From Candidatus Poriferisocius sp. (GTDB lineage: Bacteria; Actinomycetota; Acidimicrobiia; Acidimicrobiales; Bin134), in assembly GCF_965202595.1 (NCBI RefSeq), contig NZ_OZ241836.1, forward strand, positions 215,095 through 279,094: a stretch of 64,000 bases of DNA. The letters are read 5' to 3'. The notes beneath the pieces were generated by a model, which did not search any database, had not been told where the DNA came from, and saw nothing but the letters and a program-made list of their open reading frames with translations. Below are positions 35,746-44,795 of this stretch, piece after piece. Each line of letters opens with the position of its first letter. The first letter of the stretch is position 1. A program made the position numbers and the translations under genes.

Positions 35746-37166
35746 TGGTGGTGGATGGGGGTGTGCGGATTGTTACGTCCCGCTTCGATGTGTCCGACGG
35801 GCACACAATGGCTGGCTATCAGCGTACTGGGGGGTATGAAGGGTTGCGGCGGGCGCTGGGGATGACCCCGGAGCAGGTCCACGACGAGGTTCGTGCCGCC
35901 AGCCTGCTGGGCCGGGGCGGGGCCGGGTTCCCCGCCGGGGTCAAGTGGGGGTTCTGCCCGCCCGGGGTCTGGCCCCGCTACCTGGTGGTGAACGGTGACG
36001 AGTCGGAACCCGGCACCTACAAGGATCGCCTCCTCATGGAGCGTGACCCCCACCAGCTCATCGAGGGTTGCCTGATCGCCTGCTACGCCCTCGGCCTCTC
36101 CCAGTGCTTCCTGTACGTGCGGGGCGAGATGGCCCATGCCCAGGAGCGGCTGGCCGCCGCTCTCAACGAGGCCTACGAGGCCGGGTACGTGGGCCGCAAC
36201 GTGCTCGGTGCCGGCGACTTCTCGGTGGACATCACCCTGCACTGGGGGGCCGGGGCCTACATCGTGGGGGAGGAGACCGCCCTGATCGAGAGCCTGGAGG
36301 GCAAGCGGGGTATGCCCCGATTGAAACCGCCCTACTTCCCGGCTTCCATAGGTCTCTACGGCAAACCCACCATCGTCAACAACGTGGAAACCCTGTCCAA
36401 CCTGCCGTGGATCTTGGCCAAAGGGGGAGCGGCCTTCGCCGCGATGGGGGCGGACGGCTCCACCGGTACCCGGGTGTTCGCAGTGTCGGGCCACGTGGTT
36501 TCCCCCGGCGTGTTCGAGGTTCCCTTCGGCACCACCACATTTCGCGACATCATCTTCGATCCCCGGTACGCCGGTGGCCTCCACCCCGGCCGTACCCTCA
36601 AGACGTTCATCCCCGGCGGGGCGTCGGCTCCCTGGTTCTTCGAGGAGCACCTTGACTTGCCCCTGGAGAAGACCACGGTGGACAAGGCCGGCTCGATGCT
36701 CGGCTCGGGAGCCATCGTGGTCATGGACGACACCACCGACGTGGTGAGGGCCTGCCACAACGTGGTGCGCTTCTTCGCCCGGGAATCCTGCGGCAAGTGC
36801 ACCCCGTGCCGGGAAGGCACCTCGTGGATGGAGAAGATCCTCAGCCGCATCCTGGACGGTCAGGGCCGACCCGATGACCTGGAACTACTGATCGACGTGG
36901 GCGACAACATCAGCCCGGGCGGGCACTGGCCCCCCCGCCAGACCACCATATGCCCGCTGGGCCCATCGGCGGTCTCACCAATCGCCTCCGCGCTGGGCCG
37001 GTTCCGCGACGAGTTCGAGGCCTACCTGCCCGCTGATGCTGTTGTGCCCGCTGACGCTGTTGTGCCGGCTGACGCTGTGATGCCCGCTGACGCTGTTGTG
37101 CCGGCTGATGCTGTGATGCCGGCCACTTCGGTGACCATAACTGCGAGTTCGGGAGCGGCACCGTGA
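35742..37166 (+). CDS. nuoF: NADH-quinone oxidoreductase subunit F with a repeat-expanded C-terminus
   Basis: GRGGAGFPAG, YLVVNGDESEPG and ESCGKCTPCREG motifs. Confidence 0.95.
   Translation: MMVVDGGVRIVTSRFDVSDGHTMAGYQRTGGYEGLRRALGMTPEQVHDEVRAASLLGRGGAGFPAGVKWGFCPPGVWPRYLVVNGDESEPGTYKDRLLMERDPHQLIEGCLIACYALGLSQCFLYVRGEMAHAQERLAAALNEAYEAGYVGRNVLGAGDFSVDITLHWGAGAYIVGEETALIESLEGKRGMPRLKPPYFPASIGLYGKPTIVNNVETLSNLPWILAKGGAAFAAMGADGSTGTRVFAVSGHVVSPGVFEVPFGTTTFRDIIFDPRYAGGLHPGRTLKTFIPGGASAPWFFEEHLDLPLEKTTVDKAGSMLGSGAIVVMDDTTDVVRACHNVVRFFARESCGKCTPCREGTSWMEKILSRILDGQGRPDDLELLIDVGDNISPGGHWPPRQTTICPLGPSAVSPIASALGRFRDEFEAYLPADAVVPADAVVPADAVMPADAVVPADAVMPATSVTITASSGAAP
37029..37118 (+). repeat. In-frame 18-bp tandem repeat x5 at the nuoF 3' end
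   Basis: cc[c/g]gctga[t/c]gctgt[t/g][g/a]tg at 37029, 37047, 37065, 37083 and 37101. Protein: PADAV[V/M] x5. Confidence 0.9.
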
Positions 37167-39790
37167 ACCGGCCGGAAACCGTGGTCAACATCACCGTCAA
37201 CAACCGGTCGGTGCAAGCCACCCCCGGAGAGTGGGTGATTGCCGCTGCCGAACGGGCCGGGGTGTACATCCCCCACTTTTGCTACCACCCCCGCATGAAC
37301 TCGGTGGGCATGTGCCGCATGTGCATCGTGGACATCGACACCGGGCGCGGCCCCGCCCTGCAACCCTCCTGCATGGTGCCGGTCAGCGAGGGAATGGTGG
37401 TGGACACCACCTCCGAGCAGACCCGCAAGGCTCAGGAGGGGGTGCTGGAGTTCCTGCTGTTGAACCACCCGCTGGACTGCCCGGTGTGCGACAAGGGCGG
37501 CGAGTGCCCCCTCCAGGACCAAACCATGTCCCACGGCCCCGGCGAGAGCCGCTTGGTGGAGGAGAAGCGCCATTTCGAGAAGCCCATCCCGGTGAACGAT
37601 CTGGTTTATCTGGACCGGGAGCGCTGCATCCTCTGCGATCGCTGCACCCGGTTTGCCGATGAGGTGGCTGGGGACCCGCTCATCACGTTCCAGGATCGGG
37701 GGGATCGGACTCAGGTCAACACCTTCCCCAATCTGCCCTTCTCCTCGTACTTCAGCGGCAACACCGTGCAGATCTGCCCGGTGGGGGCCCTCACCGCTCG
37801 ACCCTACCGGTTCAAGGCCCGCCCCTGGGACCTCACCGAGGTGGAGTCCACCTTCCCCAACCCCATGGGTGATCGGGTGGTGGTGCAGGCCTCTCGCGAC
37901 CAGGTGCTGCGCTACCAGGGAGTGGACAGCGACGCGGTCAACTGGGGGTGGCTCACCGACAAGGATCGGTTCGCATTCGAAGCTCTTGATCGGGGGCCAC
38001 GGCTGACGGTGCCGCTGGTTCGGGGCTCCTCGATGAGTGGCTCCGACCCCGGCGGCCAGGAGCTGGTGGAGTCCTCCTGGCATCAAGCCCTCAACCGGGC
38101 CGCGGAGGCCATCCGGGCTGCGGTGGCCGACCGGGGTCCGGGGTCGGTGGCGATACTGGGTGGGGCCCGCTCGACCAACGAGGACCAGTACGCCTGGGCT
38201 CGCCTGGCCAAGGGGGTTATCGGCACCGACCATGTTGACGCTCAGCTCGACGACGGCCTGCCCGCCGATGTCGTGCTCGGCCTGCCTCGGGCCACCATCA
38301 ATCGGGCCTGCACCCCCGGCGGCACCGTGATCTTGATGGCACCCGATCCCAAGGAGGAACAAGGCACCCTCTACCTGCGGCTCCGCCACGCCGTGACCAA
38401 CGACGGCGTGCAGCTCATCGAGCTGACCCCCCGAGCCACCGGTTTGAGCCATCTCGCCGCCCACCGGCTGCACCACCGCCCCGGTGAGGTTGCCGCGGTG
38501 GCGGCGGCCCTGGTGGGCGGCGATATCGATGTCGGACCCGCCGGTGAGATCGGCGGGGTTCCCGGTCCGGTGCTGGCCGCTGCGGCGGCCGGGCTGGTGG
38601 CCCGAGCCGATCAACCCATAACCGTGATCCTGGGTCGCCCTTCGCTGGCCGAGTCGGCCGCCCCTACGGTGGAGGCCGCCGCCGAACTGTCCAAGCTGGC
38701 CCGGCTGCTCGCCGCGGGCGGGCGACCCGGCATGAGTTTCCTGCCCGTACTGCACCGGGGCAACGTGTTCGGCGCGCTCGACATGGGTCTGGCTCCCGGT
38801 CTGCTGCCGGGCCGGGTGTCCCGGGCCGATGGTGGCTCGGCGGTGGCCGAGTTTTGGGGTTCGTTACCGGCGGACCCGGGCGCTGGGGCCGGCATCGCCA
38901 CCGGCGCTGCCACCGGCGCTGGGGCTGGTGCTGTCACCGGCGCTGCCACCGGCGCTGCCACCGGCGCTGGGGCCGGCGGGATCCTGGAAGCGGCCGCAGG
39001 GGGACGAATCGAGGTGCTGATCCTTTTGGGGGCCGATCCTTTGGGCGACGTTCCCAACGCCAAGCTGGCCGAGACCGCTCTGGCCGGGGTGGGCACCATC
39101 ATTGCCTCCGACTTGTTCCTGAACCCCTCCGCGGCCCGGGCCGACATCGTTTTCCCGGTCACGGCGTTCGGTGAGCATCGGGGTACCCACACCAACCTGG
39201 AGGGTCGGATCACCCGGCAGCGCCAGATTGTCACCCCTCCGGGTACGGCCCGGACCAACTGGTCCATCGCCACCGATCTGGCTCGGTTGCTGGGCACCGA
39301 TTTCGGGTTTGCCGACCCCGAGGCGGTGTGGTCCGAGATCACCCGGGTGGCCCCGTCGCACCGGGACCTGACCCTGGAGGCCGTGGAAGCCGAAACCGAT
39401 GGCGTGGTGGTTGCCGGTAGCTCCATCGTGTTCACCCCGCCCGGCGAACCGGTGCCGGTACCCCCGGCCGATGCCTACGGCCTGCGGTTGGTGTCGTCGC
39501 GCCGCATGTACGACCGGGGCACGCTGCTTCAGCACTCCCCCTCCCTGGCCGGTTTGGCTCCCACGGCGGTGCTGGCCGTGAACCCCTCCGACTTTCAGGG
39601 TGTCGGGGTGGATCCCGGTACCGAGGTTCAGGTCGTCTCCCCGGTCGGTGAGATGACCGTGCCGCTGGTGGTCGACCCCGGTGTGCCCCGAGGGACCGCA
39701 GCTTTTGGCTACAACCACCCCGACCGCGATGTACGAGAACTCATCGACCCGGCCGCGGTGGTTACCGATGTGAGGATTCAGACCCGATGA
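37163..39790 (+). CDS. nuoG: NADH-quinone oxidoreductase subunit G
   Basis: N-terminal 2Fe-2S/4Fe-4S Cys clusters (CYHPRMNSVGMCRMC, HPLDCPVCDKGGECPLQD, CILCDRC) and a molybdopterin-like domain. A GA/T-rich low-complexity insertion lies around 38870-38990. Confidence 0.95.
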   Translation: MNRPETVVNITVNNRSVQATPGEWVIAAAERAGVYIPHFCYHPRMNSVGMCRMCIVDIDTGRGPALQPSCMVPVSEGMVVDTTSEQTRKAQEGVLEFLLLNHPLDCPVCDKGGECPLQDQTMSHGPGESRLVEEKRHFEKPIPVNDLVYLDRERCILCDRCTRFADEVAGDPLITFQDRGDRTQVNTFPNLPFSSYFSGNTVQICPVGALTARPYRFKARPWDLTEVESTFPNPMGDRVVVQASRDQVLRYQGVDSDAVNWGWLTDKDRFAFEALDRGPRLTVPLVRGSSMSGSDPGGQELVESSWHQALNRAAEAIRAAVADRGPGSVAILGGARSTNEDQYAWARLAKGVIGTDHVDAQLDDGLPADVVLGLPRATINRACTPGGTVILMAPDPKEEQGTLYLRLRHAVTNDGVQLIELTPRATGLSHLAAHRLHHRPGEVAAVAAALVGGDIDVGPAGEIGGVPGPVLAAAAAGLVARADQPITVILGRPSLAESAAPTVEAAAELSKLARLLAAGGRPGMSFLPVLHRGNVFGALDMGLAPGLLPGRVSRADGGSAVAEFWGSLPADPGAGAGIATGAATGAGAGAVTGAATGAATGAGAGGILEAAAGGRIEVLILLGADPLGDVPNAKLAETALAGVGTIIASDLFLNPSAARADIVFPVTAFGEHRGTHTNLEGRITRQRQIVTPPGTARTNWSIATDLARLLGTDFGFADPEAVWSEITRVAPSHRDLTLEAVEAETDGVVVAGSSIVFTPPGEPVPVPPADAYGLRLVSSRRMYDRGTLLQHSPSLAGLAPTAVLAVNPSDFQGVGVDPGTEVQVVSPVGEMTVPLVVDPGVPRGTAAFGYNHPDRDVRELIDPAAVVTDVRIQTR

Positions 39791-39840
39791 CGGCTGACCC
39801 GGCTGCGGTGGTTACCGATGTGAGGATCCGGACCCGATGA
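39746..39840 (+). repeat. 50-bp duplication of the nuoG/nuoH junction with a 17-codon bridging mini-ORF
   Basis: gacccggc.gcggtggttaccgatgtgaggat.c.gacccgatga at 39746 and 39796. Mini-ORF 39787-39840 (MTADPAAVVTDVRIRTR*). ATGA overlaps at both ends. Confidence 0.9.
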
Positions 39841-41063
39841 ACGTCGCCCCGGCGCTTTTGGGTCCGACCGTGTTCGGCCTCGACCCGCTCTACATCGGGG
39901 GGGTGGGCCTGGCCGAGGTTCTCATCACCCTGCTCAAGGTGGGGGTGGCTTTTGCTCTTCTGCTGATGGCGGTCATGCTGATGATCTGGTTCGAACGCAA
40001 GTTGATCGGCGACATGCAGAACCGTATCGGGCCTGCGCTGGCCGGGCCGTTCGGCATCTTCCAGACCCTGGCCGACGGGATCAAGCTGTTCTTCAAGGAG
40101 GACCTGATCCCCGACCGCTCCGACCGGTTGGTGTTCAAGCTGGCCCCCTACCTGTCGCTGGTGCCTGCCTTTTTGGTGTTCGCCGTGATCCCCGTGGGCG
40201 GCGATTTCAGCGGTGGCAACGGGCGGGTCAGCCTGTTCGGTCACGAGACCTTCCTCCAGGTGTCCGACCCGCCGGTGGGCATCCTGCTGGTGCTGGCCAT
40301 GTCGTCGGTGGCCGTTTACGGGGTGATGCTGGCCGGGTGGTCGTCGGGCTCCAAGTATCCCCTGCTGGCGTCGGTGCGGGCCTCGGCCCAGATGGTTTCC
40401 TACGAGGCCGCACTGGGTTTGTCGCTGGCCGCGGTGCTGCTGAAATCGGGCAGCCTGTCCACCCACCTGATCGTTTCCGAGCAGTCGGTGTGGAACTGGA
40501 ACCTGTGGGTTACATGGGTGGTGCCCATGGTCGTCTTCTTGATCGCTGCCACCGCCGAACTGAACCGGCCCCCCTTCGACCTGGTGGAGGCCGAGCAGGA
40601 GCTGGTCGGCGGCTTCCACACCGAGTACAGCTCCATCCGGTTCGCCCTGTTCTACCTGGCCGAGTTCATGAACACCATCACGATGTCGGCCATCGTGGTG
40701 ACCCTGTTCCTGGGCGGGCCCAACGGTCCCGACTTCACCTCGGTGGGCTGGCTGTCGGGGTTGCTGTGGTTCTTGGGCAAGCTGCTGATCCTGCTGTTCA
40801 CCTTTGTGTGGTTGCGGGCCACCCTGCCCCGCTTCCGCTACGACCAGCTCATGGACCTGGGTTGGAAATTGCTCATCCCCCTGTCGCTGGGGTGGCTGCT
40901 GGTGCTGGCCTCCTACGACGTGGCCGGGGATCGGGGCTGGAACCGCTTCGCCACCGTGCTGGCGGTGATGGCGGTGATGGCCGCTCTGGCCGGGTTGTTG
41001 AGCCTGGCCCTGCGAAATGCCCGCCGCCACCGGGAGTTGGATCCCCAAGGTGGTTTTGCCTGA
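39837..41063 (+). CDS. nuoH: NADH-quinone oxidoreductase subunit H
   Basis: WFERKLIGDMQNRIGP and EAEQELVGGFHTEYS motifs. Confidence 0.95.
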   Translation: MNVAPALLGPTVFGLDPLYIGGVGLAEVLITLLKVGVAFALLLMAVMLMIWFERKLIGDMQNRIGPALAGPFGIFQTLADGIKLFFKEDLIPDRSDRLVFKLAPYLSLVPAFLVFAVIPVGGDFSGGNGRVSLFGHETFLQVSDPPVGILLVLAMSSVAVYGVMLAGWSSGSKYPLLASVRASAQMVSYEAALGLSLAAVLLKSGSLSTHLIVSEQSVWNWNLWVTWVVPMVVFLIAATAELNRPPFDLVEAEQELVGGFHTEYSSIRFALFYLAEFMNTITMSAIVVTLFLGGPNGPDFTSVGWLSGLLWFLGKLLILLFTFVWLRATLPRFRYDQLMDLGWKLLIPLSLGWLLVLASYDVAGDRGWNRFATVLAVMAVMAALAGLLSLALRNARRHRELDPQGGFA

Positions 41064-41130
41064 TGGGATACCTTGAGTTCACCCGATGGTGGCTGGATCC
41101 CCAAGGTGGTTTTGCCTGATGGGATACCTT
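41039..41130 (+). repeat. 56-bp duplication of the nuoH/nuoI junction with an 18-codon bridging mini-ORF
   Basis: ggatccccaaggtggttttgcctgatgggatacctt at 41039 and 41095. Mini-ORF 41063-41119 (MGYLEFTRWWLDPQGGFA*). TGATG overlaps at both ends. Confidence 0.9.
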
Positions 41131-41775
41131 CAGGGCTTTGCCGTCACCCTTCGCAAGTTGTTCAAGGGCACCGAGACCGGTCGGGTGGTCACCAGCCAGT
41201 ACCCCGACGAGAAGCGTCCCAAACCCGAGCGCTTCCACGGCCGCCACGTGCTGAACCGCTACGAGGACGGCATGGAGAAGTGCATCGGGTGCGAGCTGTG
41301 CGCCGGGGTCTGCCCGGCCCGGTGCATTTATGTTCGGGGGGCCGACAACCAGCCCGATGATCCGGTTTCGCCCGGCGAGCGATACGGCTATGTCTACGAG
41401 ATCAACTACCTGCGGTGCATCCACTGCGACCTGTGCGTGGAGGCCTGCCCCACCGAGGCCATAACCGAGTCGAAACTGTTCGAGTTCTCGTTCACCGACC
41501 GGGCCGATGCCATCTACACCAAGGACGAGCTGGTGGTGGATGACGATGGCCGCCCCCAGCAGCTTCCCTGGGAACACTGGAATCCCGGTGACGATCAGCA
41601 CACCTCGGCCTGGGTCCGGGCCACATCCCCCTCGGGGCGGGCCGACTACGAGGGTCGGGTGGCCTGGTCGGGCGAGCTGGGCTACGGCATCCGCGCCCCC
41701 GAGCGGGGTCAGTCGGCCGGCGACGAGTCCCCCGCCGATTATGACCAGGAAGATCTTGGCGGGGGTCACCACTGA
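41119..41775 (+). CDS. nuoI: NADH-quinone oxidoreductase subunit I
   Basis: CIGCELCAGVCP and CIHCDLCVEACP motifs. The start is at the second junction copy (MGYLQGFAVTLRK). Confidence 0.95.
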   Translation: MGYLQGFAVTLRKLFKGTETGRVVTSQYPDEKRPKPERFHGRHVLNRYEDGMEKCIGCELCAGVCPARCIYVRGADNQPDDPVSPGERYGYVYEINYLRCIHCDLCVEACPTEAITESKLFEFSFTDRADAIYTKDELVVDDDGRPQQLPWEHWNPGDDQHTSAWVRATSPSGRADYEGRVAWSGELGYGIRAPERGQSAGDESPADYDQEDLGGGHH

Positions 41776-41818
41776 TGGAGACAGCGGTTCGCAAAGCCCA
41801 TGGCGGGGGTCACCACTG

Positions 41819-41826
<8 letters not shown>
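41758..41826 (+). repeat. 44-bp duplication of the nuoI/nuoJ junction with a 14-codon bridging mini-ORF
   Basis: ggcgggggtcaccactgatggagac at 41758 and 41802. Mini-ORF 41775-41819 (METAVRKAHGGGHH*). Confidence 0.9.
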
Positions 41827-42356
<530 letters not shown>

Positions 42357-42370
<14 letters not shown>

Positions 42371-42461
42371 TGGTCACCGCATTCTGGTATGTCCGTTGCC
42401 GGCCACCGCGGGGGCTGCGACCGGCCCCCGGTGAAGACTGATGGTCACCGCATCCTGGTAT
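42357..42461 (+). repeat. 71-bp duplication of the nuoJ/nuoK junction with a 23-codon bridging mini-ORF
   Basis: ccggtgaagactgatggtcaccgcat.ctggtat at 42357 and 42428. Mini-ORF 42370-42441 (MVTAFWYVRCRPPRGLRPAPGED*). Confidence 0.9.
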
Positions 42462-42743
42462 CTGGTGCTGGCTGGCGCGCTGTTCACCATCGGGGCGGTG
42501 GGCCTGCTGGTGCGGCGGAACCCGCTGATCATGTTCATGTGCGTGGAGCTGATGCTCAACGCGGTCAACCTCACCTTCATCACCTTCGGGCGGGAGCTGA
42601 ATGACATCGGGGGGCAGGTGTCGGTGTTCTTCGTGCTGGTGGTGGCCGCGGCCGAGGTGGTGGTGGGTCTGGCCATCGTGGTGGCCATCAAGCGCCACCA
42701 ACCCCGGGCCACCGCCGACGACCTTGCGGCCCTGAAGGGTTAG
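42441..42743 (+). CDS. nuoK: NADH-quinone oxidoreductase subunit K
   Basis: 100 aa: LVLAGALFTIGAVGLLVRRNPLIMFMCVELMLNAVNL. Confidence 0.95.
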   Translation: MVTASWYLVLAGALFTIGAVGLLVRRNPLIMFMCVELMLNAVNLTFITFGRELNDIGGQVSVFFVLVVAAAEVVVGLAIVVAIKRHQPRATADDLAALKG

Positions 42744-42843
42744 TGGGTACATGAGCATGCTCGTGGATGCTGAAGGGTTAGTGGGTACATGAGCACCCTC
42801 GTGGATGCTGAAGGGTTAGTGGGTACATGAGCACGCTCGTGGA
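42732..42843 (+). repeat. 38-bp tandem repeat x3 of the nuoK/nuoL junction with two chained 13-codon mini-ORFs
   Basis: ctgaagggttagtgggtacatgagca..ctcgtggat at 42732, 42770 and 42808. Mini-ORFs 42751-42792 (MSMLVDAEGLVGT*) and 42789-42830 (MSTLVDAEGLVGT*), ATGA-chained to the nuoL ATG at 42827. Confidence 0.9.
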
Positions 42844-44722
42844 TCTGGTGTGGCTGATCCCCGCCTTCCCGCTGGCCGGGGTTCTGATCCTCGTGGTTTC
42901 GGGGCGCAGGCTGGGCGAACCCCGGGCCGGCTGGCTGGCCACCGCCATGATGGGCGGATCGTTCGTGACCACGCTGCTGGTGTTCATCGGGCTCCTGGGC
43001 CACGACGGTGAGGAGCGTCAAAAGGTGCTCACCCTGTTCGAGTGGGTACCCGCGGGGCGGCTGGCGGTGGACATCGGCTTTCTGGCCGACCCGCTGGCCA
43101 TCACCATGGCCTTGTTCGTGACCGGGGTCGGAGCTCTCATCCACCTTTACTCCATCGGCTACATGCACGGCGACGAGGGGTTCTCCCGGTTCTTCGTGTA
43201 CCTCAACCTGTTCGCCTTCTCCATGCTCATGCTGGTGCTGGGCGACAACCTCCTGCTCACCTTCCTGGGCTGGGAGGGGGTGGGGGCCTGCTCCTACCTG
43301 CTCATCTCGTTCTGGTTCACCGACGAAACCAACGCCACCGCGGGCAAGAAGGCGTTCGTCACCAACCGGGTGGGCGACTGGGGCTTCTTGGTGGCCATGT
43401 TCCTGGCGTTCTTGACCTTCGGGTCGCTCCAGTACGGCGAGATCTTCTACGACCTGGAGTCCAACGGGGTGGCCGCTGGCACCGCGTCGGCCATCGTGGT
43501 GCTGCTGCTGGTGGGCGCGGCCGGCAAATCAGCCCAGTTCCCGCTGCACATCTGGCTGCCCGATGCCATGGCCGGCCCCACCCCGGTGTCGGCGCTCATT
43601 CACGCCGCCACCATGGTCACCGCCGGGGTTTACCTGCTGATCCGCATGAACCCGATCATTGCCGAGGCCCACGGGTGGGTGCCCGACCTGATCATGTGGT
43701 TGGGTCTGGGGACCGCGCTGATGGCCGCCACCATCGCGGTGGCCCAGAACGACATCAAGAAGGTGCTGGCCTACTCCACGGTCAGCCAGCTCGGGTTCAT
43801 GTTCGTGGCGGTGGGGTCGGGGGCCTACGTGGCCGCCATCTTCCACATGGTAACCCACGCCTTTTTCAAGGCCCTCCTGTTCCTGGGGGCCGGGTCGGTG
43901 ATCCACGCCATGCACGGCGATCAGGATCTTCGCCGCTACGGCGGTCTGGCCCGATTTCTGCCCGTTACCTCGATGACCTTCGTGGCCGGCTGGCTGGCCA
44001 TTGCCGGCGTTCCCCCGTTCTCCGGTTTCTGGTCCAAGGACGAGATCCTGGTTTACGCCTATGGCGAGAACAAGCTGCTGTGGCTGCTGCTGCTGGTGAC
44101 CGCGGTGCTCACCGCCTTCTACATGACCCGGCTGGTGCTCATGACGTTCTTCGGCCCCCGCCGCTGGGCGGGCGAAGCAGCCGATCCCCACGAGTCGCCG
44201 TGGACGATGACCGCTCCCCTGGTGGTTCTGGCCGCCCTGGCCGTGGTGGCCGGGGTGGTGAACCTGCCGTTTGCCTCCAGCACCCACTTCTTGGGGAACT
44301 GGCTGGATCCGGCCTTTTTCGGCAATGCCTCTCACCTGAGCCTCGGCGGGGGCACCAAATGGGTGCTGGCCGCCGTTGCCATCGTGGGCAGCCTTCTGGG
44401 AGTCTCGGCCGGGGCCGCGGTGTACGCCCGGCGCCGGGTGGATCCGGCTCGCCTCGAGCACCCCTTCCTGGCCCGGGCCTGGCGCATCGATGAGCTGGTC
44501 ACCGCCTTCATGGGTGGTCCCGGCCGCCGGGCGTTCGAGCGCACCACCCGGTTTGATGAGCAGGTGGTGGACGGCGCGGTCAACGCCACCGGCGCTTTGA
44601 TCCGCCGGGCCGGAACCAAACTGCGGGTGTCGCAAACCGGCCTGGTGCGCAGTTACGCCCTGGGTATCGCCGCCGGGGCAGTGGCACTTTTGGCCTGGTT
44701 CCTGTCGCGGGCGGGGTTGTGA
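42827..44722 (+). CDS. nuoL: NADH-quinone oxidoreductase subunit L
   Basis: 631 aa, with antiporter-like motifs (WEGVGACSYLLISFW, KSAQFPLHIWLPDAMAGPTPVSALIHAATMVTAG). Confidence 0.95.
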   Translation: MSTLVDLVWLIPAFPLAGVLILVVSGRRLGEPRAGWLATAMMGGSFVTTLLVFIGLLGHDGEERQKVLTLFEWVPAGRLAVDIGFLADPLAITMALFVTGVGALIHLYSIGYMHGDEGFSRFFVYLNLFAFSMLMLVLGDNLLLTFLGWEGVGACSYLLISFWFTDETNATAGKKAFVTNRVGDWGFLVAMFLAFLTFGSLQYGEIFYDLESNGVAAGTASAIVVLLLVGAAGKSAQFPLHIWLPDAMAGPTPVSALIHAATMVTAGVYLLIRMNPIIAEAHGWVPDLIMWLGLGTALMAATIAVAQNDIKKVLAYSTVSQLGFMFVAVGSGAYVAAIFHMVTHAFFKALLFLGAGSVIHAMHGDQDLRRYGGLARFLPVTSMTFVAGWLAIAGVPPFSGFWSKDEILVYAYGENKLLWLLLLVTAVLTAFYMTRLVLMTFFGPRRWAGEAADPHESPWTMTAPLVVLAALAVVAGVVNLPFASSTHFLGNWLDPAFFGNASHLSLGGGTKWVLAAVAIVGSLLGVSAGAAVYARRRVDPARLEHPFLARAWRIDELVTAFMGGPGRRAFERTTRFDEQVVDGAVNATGALIRRAGTKLRVSQTGLVRSYALGIAAGAVALLAWFLSRAGL

Positions 44723-44795
44723 TGTTCCGTAGCCGATCATCTGGCCCATTCCGGCAACTTTTGGCCTGGTTCCTGTCGCGGGCGGGGTTGTGATG
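44686..44795 (+). repeat. 71-bp duplication of the nuoL/nuoM junction with a 23-codon bridging mini-ORF
   Basis: acttttggcctggttcctgtcgcgggcggggttgtgatg at 44686 and 44757. Mini-ORF 44722-44793 (MFRSRSSGPFRQLLAWFLSRAGL*). Confidence 0.9.

Noticed and set aside
38870-38990. GA/T-rich low-complexity block in nuoG as a distinct inserted element.
   Set aside because: It is in frame, codes for a Gly/Ala/Thr linker, and looks like a degenerate short coding repeat rather than a separate feature.
41507-41818. Upstream extension of the nuoJ ORF, and similar extensions of nuoI (41086), nuoB (32515), hemC (19412) and the ferredoxin (25960).
   Set aside because: The extensions overlap the preceding gene in another frame. 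Conserved N-termini and the stop/start overlaps identify the internal starts.
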